Shown here one piece after another: positions 49,501 through 61,500 of a DNA stretch of 64,000 nucleotides. A model generated the notes under the pieces. It searched no databases. It had not been told where the DNA came from and saw only the letters and a list, made by a program, of their open reading frames with translations. Source of the stretch: Octopus sinensis (lineage: Eukaryota); NCBI RefSeq assembly GCF_006345805.1, contig NC_042998.1, forward strand, positions 20,708,001 through 20,772,000. The letters are read 5' to 3'. Position 1 is the first letter of the stretch. Each line of letters starts with the position of its first letter. The position numbers and the translations under genes are program-made.

Positions 49501-52500
49501 CCATACCTGCATGGAAGGTGGACATTAAACAATGATAATGATGAAGATTGCAAGATAACTGGTCCACTAGTGTATTCAATAAACAAGCCATAAAGGTGGA
49601 TAGCAAGAAAAAGAACCCCAATATATTGTTGAATTTCAATTCAAGCTCCAGCTTCAATTTCATATTGCCTAAATACTGATTTTGGTTAATGAAGCTCTTG
49701 GTTTTATCAGTTTGAAACCTCACAACCAAAATATACAGAACATATCAAATAACTATTTAATATATTTCATTTTGGGATTTGGTATGCAAGATTCTTTATG
49801 TGAGTTTGTGTGTTGAAGCATATTCTGTTGTGTCTGAGGAGAGTCATTTTCTTTTTGTGCCTTTTAATTTAACACACTCACTGATAAAATTTCGACTTAT
49901 TTCTTATTTTCATTGCATCTTGCAACCTTATTGAAAAATTAGCAAGATGCAATGAAAATTTTAGGAAAATAAAAATAAGAAATAAGTGGAAATTTTACCG
50001 GCAAGTGTATTAAATTACAAGGCACAAAAAAAAAAAAAGACTCTCCCCATACACAACAGAATATTTAATATATGTTATTAAAATTTCTCACTCTTTGAGT
50101 ATAAGTATTTCATTTTCCATAAATGTTTTTCTTTTCATTCAAAATACTTCAAAAATAAAAGTTTAACAAAACACTAAATAAATTTGGTTTACATTCATCT
50201 TTCCTCTCAACACTTCTAAATCGCATTCAGTACCATGTTGCTGACATCAGTTGAATGATGCATGCTAAAAAGTAATTAGTAGCAATCAAGAGAGACATTC
50301 TTCTATGCATGTCAAAGGAACTAACATGCTGACAAAGGTGACGAAGGTAGTTGCTTACCTGTCTATGGTTTTATGCTCGTTAATCAATAGCTTGCGAGTA
50401 GTTTGAAGCATCTGAGAGAAGTTTGCCTTTGATTTTTTCCTGGATTTTATATCACTAACAACCTACAAAGAAAATAGAATTAAATAAAGATACCAATTAG
50501 AAATTATTAATTAATCTACATTGTATTTACTATGAATAATAACAAAGGGTAAAATTAATTAATTAACTAGTAATCAATAATTTCACCAAGTAGAATTTGG
50601 CATGAAAAGGGACCATTTCTCGGTAAACTTTAGTAATATTTTATAATTAGGATTCAGCAAAGATTTAGAAATAGCAGCCAGAGAACATTAGCTATTTCCT
50701 CTACTTTAAAAATTCTACATTCTTTATAATGAACTAATTCTGAAACGCGTACATGGGTAATCAAATATTGATTGATTTTCGTAAATTTTCATCTCTGCCT
50801 GTGTGGATTGTTTTCAAGTACTTTGTTTTTGTCTGGGAATCTCTTGTATTTACTATGAGTATATATATGTGTAATGGAACTGGTTGATTCTTTACACTGT
50901 TTGGGTGCAACCAATTTCCTTTCTTTAGTTTCTAGAAACTACCAGTCAGGAACCAGAACGCAACCTTAAAAAATATATATATCTCTTTATTTCCTTATTT
51001 ACAAAAGAAGTACGTTGGTTTTGGTATCCACTTGGTTCGATATAGCAAGGCTGAATTTTAACATTTGTAAGATAACCTTACAACAAATTCAGCAGCAACA
51101 GAGCAGGTCAAATCCTAAGCGTCTGGAACAGGAGAATGGCTGATCACACGTTTAACACATCCTTTCTCTTCAATAGCCGTGTCTCAAGTCAACAACGCTA
51201 ACAAGGAACGCGATAGAATTTTCTTCTCCAGTCTCTAGCGCACGTGCATGAGGGAACTTCCTCAGGCCTTTCAAGAAGGTTCCAGCCCCGCACATGCACA
51301 CTGAAGAATGATGTTCCACACACGCACACTGAAGATTGACGTTGTGTGTGCGCACACTGGAAAATGACGTCACTACATATGTGAGTATTTAAACACATAC
51401 ACATACCACCACTATTCTACTACACTTTCAACATTTACTTTCCCATGTTGGCATAGGTCAGAAGAGGGTATAGCGGGGCGTTGTTTCTTATAGCCAGATG
51501 ATCTGTCACCAAGAACCAACATGTTTGCAGGTGAGATAATCAAACGTCTATCAAACAACAGCCCGAACATGCCTTTGTGGCAGACTGCAAGTGAACAACG
51601 TAGTAACAAAGCCGTTGCTTATAATCAGTGAGTGAACCTCGATTTAAGATGAAGGAAATATGAATAAACTCACAAAAACACATGTAAAAACAAGCTTCTT
51701 TCAGATTCTGCTGACTAAATCCATTCACAAAGCTTTAGTTGGCCCAGAACTAGAAATCTTGTGGTTGGGAAGTGAACTTCTGAAATATACACCTACACAC
51801 ACACAGACATACATACATACATACAAACAAGTACATGGTTGTGTGTATATACACTTGACTCTTTTACTCTTTTACTTGTTTCAGTCATTTGACTGCGGCC
51901 ATGCTGGAGCACCGCCTTTTAGTCGAGCAAATCGACCCCAGGACTTACTCTTTGTAAGCCTAGTACTTATTCTATCAGCCTCTTTTGCCGAACTGCTAAG
52001 TTACGGGGACATAAACACACCAGCATTGGTTGTCAAGCGATGTTGGGGGGGACAAACACAGACACACAAACATATATATATATACATATATATATGTATA
52101 CATACATATATACGACGGGCTTCTTTCAGTTTCCGTCTTCCAAATCCACTTGCAATGCTTTGGTCAGCCCGAGGCTATAGTAGACGACACTTGCCCAAGG
52201 TGCCATGCAGTGGGACTGAACCCAGAATCATGTGGTTGGTAAGCAAGCAACTTACCACACACCCACTCCTACGCCTAGATTTCAGTATACAAATGAGAGA
52301 AAGCTTCATGTAGTGGAATTCATTCATTCAGACAACAAAGAAAAAAAATTACCCGCTTTGTTGAATGACACAAATAAAGTGTGTGTGTGTGAAAAAAACA
52401 CAAATGTCATTCAAAATTTACCAAAACAGCTGTCATAAAATTTAAATGCCATTCATGTTTACTTGTTATACCTACGTCACACAAAAGATCCAGTTGTAAA

Positions 52501-55500
52501 ATCTATGACTATAAACTAGATTTGGTATTTGCATACCTACAGTATTCTGCAGATACTTGAAGTCCTCAATGTGTTTATTTTCCTGTGAGCTTAGTATTAT
52601 TGTACCTAGCCATTTCTGGCATCCTACTGATTGATGTACCTTGATTCTTAAGAATCCTCATAACAAAATTATTATATATATATATATATATTTATATTAT
52701 ATTAAATTAGAGATAAAACCACTATTAGGCAAATCAAACAATGAAAAACTTAAGGCAATACATAAAATTAATTAATTTATATTATTTTAAATATATATCA
52801 AAATTATTAAAAGTTTAATAAAAGATAATGAGTAAAACGAATTGGACAGCCATGAAACGATCATTATCTTTTATTAAATTTTAATAATTTTGATATATAT
52901 TTAAAATAATATAAATTAATTAATTTTATGTATTGGCTTAAGTTTTTCATTGTTTGATTTGCCTAATAGTGGTTTTATCTCTAATTTAATATAATATAAT
53001 ATTTTACTATAAAATTGGATTCAATCCTAAATCTGATTTTTCCCTAATATTTTATTATATATATTTATATATAAATATATAACAATGGCAATATCAGTGA
53101 TAAAGTTGATGACAACAGACGAAAATAAGTATTGCGATACTGACCTTTTGCAAGACTGAATATAATAATTTAATATCTTTTGTTACTGGCAGAGCAGGAT
53201 CCAAGAAAAAGTCATGCAAAACTGGCTGAGGAAACAGACATAGACGAGAGATCACAGATGTAACTTGAAGGTTCACAGCATAACTCTGCAAAAAAAATAG
53301 GAGTGTTTTTGATTGGTAACTGGTCATAATTCTACAAGGAAGAGGTCAGCATGTTTTACTGAATTTATTAATTTTATCAAAGAAAGGATAAGTTATCTCC
53401 AACAGCATTTAAATGTAAAATGTAAAGATGCAGCAGAAACTACTAAGAGGCAGTACTTTCTAGTTTGTGTGTCACATAATTGTCAGAGGCCATAATATTT
53501 TATCTCAAATTCTTTATATTTGTAGATTAAAATTCAACAATGATAGCTCATATTGATATGCTTATTCATGAAAGTCCAAATATATTCTGTCTAATAGTCA
53601 CACTAAGATCAATTTTTTAAAAGGCAAAGGCCTTGTGGCTAAGAAGCTCGCTTTTCAATCATGTGGTTTCTGGTTCAGCCCCACTGCATGGCACCTTGAG
53701 CAAGTGTCTTCTGCTACAGCTCTGGGCCAACCAATGCCATGTGAATGAATTTGGTAGACAGAAACTCTGTGGAAGTGGCGAGCTGGCAGAAATGCTTAGA
53801 GGTATTTCATCTGCCGTTACGTTCTGAGTTCAAATTCTGCCGAGGTCAACTTTGCCTTTCATCCTTTCGGGGTTGATAAATTAAATACCAGTTACGCACT
53901 GGGGTCGATGTAATCGACTTAATTCCTTTGTTGTCCATTTCCCTCAAATATAATATATACATACACACATACATAGATAGATATATACATGGTTGCGATA
54001 TTAAGTTGCGAAGAAACAATCTATTTGGTGATAAGTTCAAACCTCCTTACTACGCCAACTGTCTTGTACTGCTGAGCAAGGCACATAACTCTGTTTGAAT
54101 CAATCTATCTAACAAATAATAAATACTGTAATCAGATGAAACACTACCTGCATCATCATCATCATCATCATCATCGTTTAACGTCTGTTTTCCATGCTAG
54201 CATGGGTTGGACGATTTGACTGAGGTCTGGCGAACCAGATGGCTGCACCAGACTCCAATCTGATCTGGCAGAGTTTCTACAGCTGGATGCCCTTTCTAAC
54301 GCCAACCACTCCGAGAGTGTAGTGGGTGCTTTTACGTGCCACCAGCACAAGGGCCAGTTAGGTGGTACTGGCAATGGCCACACTCAAATGGTGTTTTTTA
54401 TGTGCCACCTGCACAGGAACCAGTCCAGTGGCACTGGCAACAACCTCGCTCGAATGTGCCACAGTATAACTTGAATATAATTTTTTCCCTATACTTTGAG
54501 TTCAAGTGTGCCGCCAAATTTTAATTTATTTAATTTAATTTTTTTTTGGCTCAAAAAGCAAAAGCAAGGCCATGTAGGGAGACATGGAGTAATGTACAGG
54601 GAGGGTGTTCAAACAAAGAGTTCAGGCCATTTCTGGTCAAAAGAGACTTTGAACCGAGCGGTCGTCGGCATCTTCACTATCTTGTCCAGCAGCTTATTCA
54701 ACGGATGAAAAGAATGTAAGTGTGTACTGCAAGTGAAAAAAAGGTTGCAGAGCACAGATCTAAAGGACAATCTCAGTGAATCAGTTTGTTTTTCAATTCA
54801 TTATATTACCTATGTGGGGGCAGTACAGCATGAAAAGAGACCACTCTTGTTTCAGTAAAGAACGGTAAGCATTAGGAAAGTCCAAGTTATCAACTAAACC
54901 CAACAATATTTCTTTACTGCTCATAGGGGGCTAAACATAGAGGGGACAAACAAGAACAGACAAAAGGAGTAAGTCGATTATATCAACCCCCAGTGCATAA
55001 CAGGTACTTCTTTTAATTGACCCTGAAAAGATGAAAGGCAAAGTTGACCTCAGAACATAACGACAGACAAAATACCTTTCTTTTTTTACTACCCACAGAG
55101 GGAAAAAACAACGACAGACAAATAGATTAAGTCGATTATATCGACCCCAGTGCATAAGTTATTTAATTTAATTGACCCCGAAAGGATGAAAGGCAAAGTC
55201 GACCTCAGCGGAGTTTGAGCTCAGAATGTAACGACAGACGAAATACCATTAAGCATTTTGCCCAATGTGCTAATGATTCTGCCAGCTCACCGCCAACAAT
55301 ATATTCATGTCTAAATCCGTTGAAATCATTCTCCTCTTTCTAGCATGTAAAGATGCACATTAAAACTACACTTTAATGGATTTATTTTTATATATGTAGA
55401 GACATAAGTAATTATAATGACAAGAAGTTGTGTCATCGTCATCATCCTCATTTAATGTCCATTTTCGATGCTGGCATGGGTTGGACAGTTTGACAGGAGC

Positions 55501-58500
55501 TAGCAAGGTCAGGAGCTGGCAAGGCCAGGTGGTGTCAAGACCAGGAGCCACACCAGGTTCCATAGTCAGTTTTGGCATGGTTTCTAAAGCTGGATGCCCT
55601 TCCTAACACCCACCACTTTACAGAGTGTACTGAGTGCTTTTTATGTGGCACCAGTACCCTTCAAAGGCAAGTATTACCAAGGTGGTTTTAAGATATAAAT
55701 AGCATATTTTCTTGCAGAAATATTATTTTCTAAGCTGTTCTTTTATTTTTCTACTTTGTTCTTAAAAGGTTTCAAAGGTAAAACAAACTACATCCCAAAC
55801 TGGATAGAAATTAAAAAAAAAACAACATAAAATATAGTCAAGAACAAAAACCTGTAGTCAAATGAAACAACAAATTCTCCAACTAACTGAGGAATCTTTG
55901 TTCAGGTTTAACAAGTGTCTATGGCTAGAATAAAGTGGAGGCGTGTGGCCTAGTGGTTATGGTGTCAACATCATGATTGTAAGATTGTGGTTTCGATTCC
56001 TGGACCGGGCGATGCGTTGTGTTCTTGAGCAAAACACTTCATTTCACATTGCTCCAGTCCACTCAGCTGGCAAAAATGAGTAACACTGCGATGGACTGGC
56101 GTCCCATCAAGCTGGGGATCACATATACCATTGAAACCAGGAAACCGGGCCCATGTGCCTGGCTAGGCTTTAAAAGGGTGCATTTATTTTTTAATATGGC
56201 TAGTATAAACAAATTTATGTTCAAGAGTAAATTAACAGTATAAAAATTTTAATAAGATGTTAAAAATATTAAGTCAATTATCATCATCATCATCATCATT
56301 GTTTAGCGTCCGCTTTCCATGCTAGCATGGGTTGGACGGTTCAACTGGGGTCTGGGAAGCCAGAAGGCTGCACCAGGCCCTGTCTGATCTGGCAATGTTT
56401 CTACGGCTGGATGCCCTTCTTAATGCCAACCACTCGGTGAGTGTAGTGGGTGCTTTTTACGTGCCACCGGCACGGGGTCAGACGAGGCTGGCAAACGGCC
56501 ACGGTCGGATGGTGCTTTTTACGTGCCACCGGCATGGGGGCCAGACGAGGCTGGCAAACGGCCACGATCGGAGGCAACGGCCAATTAAAAAGAAAATAAA
56601 ATCAACAAACCTGATGCAGCATCTGAGAGAGTTTTGAAAATAACATCTGAAGAAAAGCACCTTCATAAAAGCCATGGTCTGATTCCGTACTGCAATCCAT
56701 TTGAGTAGGCCATTTCCAGTCTTGGCACATGTTTTCATAAGACTTAAACTGTCCAATTTAGAATAAAAGAAAACAAGTAAATTCCAAAAGTTATACAAAA
56801 AAAATATTTAATAGACAAAGCACAAACATAAACATATCTAATGTGGAAACCACCGAGCAGTTGCTCAACTTGTTGGAAATAGCAGTGAAATTTCCCTATG
56901 GTTTTAAAAGTGTCTTAACCGTTTAGTATTCATATTTCTCTTTCACATATAATGCTTATTTATTCAGGGTCACTGAGAAACTTGCAAGATAAGAACCCCC
57001 TTCAGCCAAGAGGGGAACATTAACCAAGGTGGTTTAGGATATCAAGAGGAAAAATATAATTCAAGGGGTGCACAGTAAGAGTGGAGAGTGTTTTGATGAC
57101 TTATGGTATTGAACTCAATAGGCGGTGAGCTTGCTGAAATGTTAGCACGCCGGGCGAAATGCTTAGCGGTATTTCGTCTGCCGCTACGTTCTGAGTTCAA
57201 ATTCCGCCGAGGTCGACTTTGCCTTTCATCCTTTCGGGGTCGATAAATTAAGTACCAGTTACGCACTGGGGTCAATGGACTCGACTTAAACCATTTGTCT
57301 GTCCTTGTTTGTCCTCTCTGTGTTTAGCCCCTTGTGGGTAGTAAAGAAATTGGTATTTCTTCTGCCGTTACGTTCTGAGTTCAAATTTCGCCGAGGTCGA
57401 CTTTGCCTTTCATCCTTTCGGGGTCGATAAATTAAGAACCAGTTACGCACTGGGGTCGATGTAATTGACTTAATCCGTTTGTCTGTCCTTGTTTGTCCTC
57501 TCTGTGTTTAGCCCCTTGTGGGTAGTAAAGAAACAGGTTCTTAATTGTCTCTCGACAGAATGTAGAAAGAGGGGGAAAGTGTACTAATGGGTAAAGTAAA
57601 GGCGAGAGGGAGAATGGAAGACAGAAAGTGTGAATGGATGGATGAGACAGAGAGAAAGAGAGAGAATGTGTGTGTGTACAAGGGTGAGTGAATGAGAGAG
57701 ACTGAGAGATGGAGAATGAGCGGGCCAGGGAATGGGATTGAAAGACAGAGAGTGTGGGTGTGAGGGGCGGGGGGGGGGGGGCTCAGTGAATGTGCAAGTC
57801 AATCAGAGAGAGAGAAGTTTGTCTTTTTGGTATTTATTTTTGCCATGCTGAAGCAGTTTAGAAAAAACCTCACCTGTTTATGAGCATCCCGTAAGTACAT
57901 ATCATAACCGCTATCTGCTTCAGGTAAAGCTGATTTAATATCTTCAGGTAAAAGGCACAAGAAACTACAAAGAAAAACACCAGAAACTTACAAAAGTATA
58001 ACAAGATTGGAGTCTGGTGCAGCCATCTGGTTCGCCAGACCTCAGTCAAAATCGTCCAACCCATGCTAGCATGGAAAGCAGACCTTAAACGATGATGATG
58101 ATGATGATGATGATGGATCCTTACCTGTTAATAACTTTATGAACTTCTGAGCGATAATATTTAATAGTCATCTCAGGAACTTTGTTATCTTGGGAGAGGA
58201 AGAGATTATCAGAATCATTTATTTCCGAAACAGCTTGTTGTTGTTGTGGTTGTGGCTGTGGTTGTTGTTGCTCTTGTTGTTGTTGTTGTTGAGATTTTGA
58301 TGTTTCATCCTCGGAAACGTTGTCTGTTGCTGAATCGGTGTGGTTTTTTTCAGTGTCTGAATTACTTTGAAGCGAAACTGTTTGGTCGTCGGGTTGTGGG
58401 GAGTCCTGCTGCTGTCCGTCTTTGGAAACAGAATGTAAAGGTGAGACATGGGAAGAATCATCACTGGAAAGAGTTTGTACGTCAATGGCTTCTGCTAATC

Positions 58501-61500
58501 GTTCCATTTCAACACTGCTGGGAGGGGACTGAGTCAAATCCTTACTCTTTGAGTCATCGGATTCGCTCATGGTTTCTGATTTTCCGTATTATGAAAACAA
58601 AAAAAATTAAAAAAATTAAATAAATGAAATATAGTCATATATGTACAAATCTTCAAATTCGATGGGGAAGCGGGGAATAAAATCAATTATATCCAATAGG
58701 CGTAGGAGTGGCTGTGTGGTAAGTAGCTTGCTTATGAACCGCATGGTTCCGGGTTCAGTCCCACTGTGTGGCACCTTGGGCAAGTGTCTTCTACTATAGC
58801 CTCAGGCCGACCAAAGCCTTGAGTAGATTTGGTAGACGGAAAACTGAAAGAAGCCCGTCATATATATGTATATGTGTGTCTGTGTTTGTCCCTCCAACAT
58901 TGCTTGACAACCAATGCTGGTGTGTTTACGTCCCCGTAACTTAGCGGTTCGGCAAAAGAGACCGATAGAATAAGTGCTAGGCTTACAAAGAATATGTCCT
59001 GGGGTCGATTTGCTCGACTAAAGGCGATGCTCCAGCATGGCCACAGTCAAATGACTGAAACAAGTAAAAGAGTAAAAGAGTAAAGAGAGTAATTTAGGAA
59101 CAGTGTGGTACTTTATTTTATCAACTACAGAGGATGATAGGCAGAGTCAACCTCAGTTGAATTTGAACTCAGAATGTAAAGGGATGACACTAAATACAGC
59201 AAAGCATTTTATCCAGTGTGCTATCATTATTCCCAGCAAACCACTCACAATTAGATATGGCTTATGCAGTCTGGCTTCTGCATAACTCTTGTAACTTCTT
59301 GCTCTTCTTCCTTATGCTAGTCTTCATCTTTTCACTCAAATCACCTGCGGTACTACTGTATCATCATCATCATTTAACGTCCGTTCTTCATGCTAGCATG
59401 GGTTGGATGGTTCGACCGGGGTCTGGTAAGCCATGGAGGTTGCACCAGGCTCCAGTCTGATTTGGCAGTGTTTCTACAGCTGGATACCCTTCCTAACGCC
59501 AACCACTGCGTGAGAGTAGTGGGTGTTTTTTATGTGCCACCAGCACAGGGGCCAGAGCAGGCTGGCAAACAGCCACGATCGGTTGGTGCTTTTACATGTC
59601 CCCGACACGGACCCCAGTCAGGCCACACTGCCATCTGCCACGTTCCGATGGTGCTTTTTACGTGTCACCGGCACAGGTGTCTTAACTACAATTTCCATTT
59701 GATTTATATTTTGATGTTGACGTACTTGACTATGAATGACAATATCTACTGTCAATCACAACTCACCACAAATAGAAGATACATCTCCCTCAAATCACAT
59801 ACTAACATCTTAAAAAAATGAAAGGACACACTGAATAATGCAGTCATGTAGATAGGGGGGAAAAAAACACAACAGTCCAGGTGAAATACCTATTTCTTTA
59901 CTACCCACAAGGGGCTAAACACAGAGGGGACAAACAAGGACAGACAAACGGATTAAGTCGATTACATCAACCCCAGTTCATAAATGGTACTTAATTTATC
60001 GACCCCGAAAGGATGAAAGGCAAAGTCGACCTTGGCGGAATTTGAACTCAGAACATAACAGCAGACGAAATACCTATTTCTTTACTGCCCACAAGGGGCT
60101 AAACACAGAGGGGACAAACAAGGACAGACAAACGGATTAAGTTGATTAAATCGACCTCAGTTCGTAACTGGTACTTAATTTATCAACCCCAAAAGGATGA
60201 AAGGCAAAGTCGACCTTGGCGGAATTTGAACTCAGAACATAACGACAGACGAAATACCACTAAGCATTTCGCCCGGCGTGCTAACGTTTCCGCCAGCTCA
60301 CCGCCAGGTGAAATACCTTTGATCATAAGTTCTGTTTGATCAGAGCTAACCTGAGATTAATCATCGACAACAAGCAACATATAACACCTGAATAACAAGT
60401 CTGACATTACAGAGTTTACTAATGGCTCACAAGAAAACAACCAATGCTCAGGAACATTTATGGAATATCAGAGTATCATAGGAATACTACTACCTACCTA
60501 TAGTTATGGAATCGCTAAAAACAGTGTCAGCCAAAGATGCTGGGCATTTAGATTGTAAACTGTAGTGACAGGACACGCCTGACTGAATGTGTTTCCCTCC
60601 TTCTAAATTACGCAGCACCAAGTTGTATACAATGAAGCTACAATTCTTTTGTAACAAAGTATCAAAGAGCTTCAGTGATATCAAAGAAATCTGCAAATAA
60701 AAAAAATAACAAGAAAATAAATTAAATGTAAGATAAAGTAAAGCAATTTATTAAATGATTATTGATAACACTATTACTGGACTGACAAAATAACAGTTTT
60801 TAAAATCAAAATGAATATAGGCGCAGGAGTGGCTGTGTGGTACTAGGCTTACAAAGAATAAGTCCTGGGGTCGATTTGCTCGACTAATAGCAACGCTCCA
60901 GCATGGCCGCAGTCAAATGACTGAAACAAGTAAAAGAGTATAACAGTACCACAGTTTATCTATTTCTCTTGTGTACAGAAAGATAAGCTCTGTGTTCACT
61001 AATATTCAACTAAAAGAAACATTACTCAAAGTATCATAGCAAAAATATCTTGCAGTACCTCTTCAGACAAGTGATTACATCTTTCTATGAGGCGCATTTT
61101 CATCTTACAAGAACTCTCCTGGGACTTTTCAGGTTTCTTCTCATCTCCCAAAATGAAACGCACAAATTCTACAAGAATAAGAAACACATTTTCAAAAACA
61201 ATAAATTTTAGTTTAATTAAAGACAAAATACTATTATAAAATCAACAGTGTTAAAAGAAAAACAAAAACAAATTCAACACAAAAAAACACAGTTTTTGAG
61301 GTATGTAGGTATGTTGATTTTTAGTCTCAAGTCACCCCTAATCAAAGGCTTTCCAACCATGACCGTCAAGCCTTTTTTTTTGACATAATCTATCCAGAAT
61401 TACATTTTCAACATATTTAGTTTGCCCATGAATGATTAATACTAAAAACACCCTTACCACTACACTTATTTCATACCAGCGTCGCCTTACTGACACTTTT

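Noticed and set aside
50725-50760. GAAACGCGTA hammerhead half-site
   Set aside because: The upstream core reads ATAATGA and stems I and II do not pair.
55935-56010. Possible tRNA genes at SINE heads (also 8439, 21984, 57119)
   Set aside because: A and B boxes are present but there is no complete acceptor stem, and each runs into a SINE body.
58568-58570. ATG of the 149-aa ORF as a gene start
   Set aside because: An upstream acceptor at 58575 and three upstream in-phase FHIP2 exons show that it is internal.
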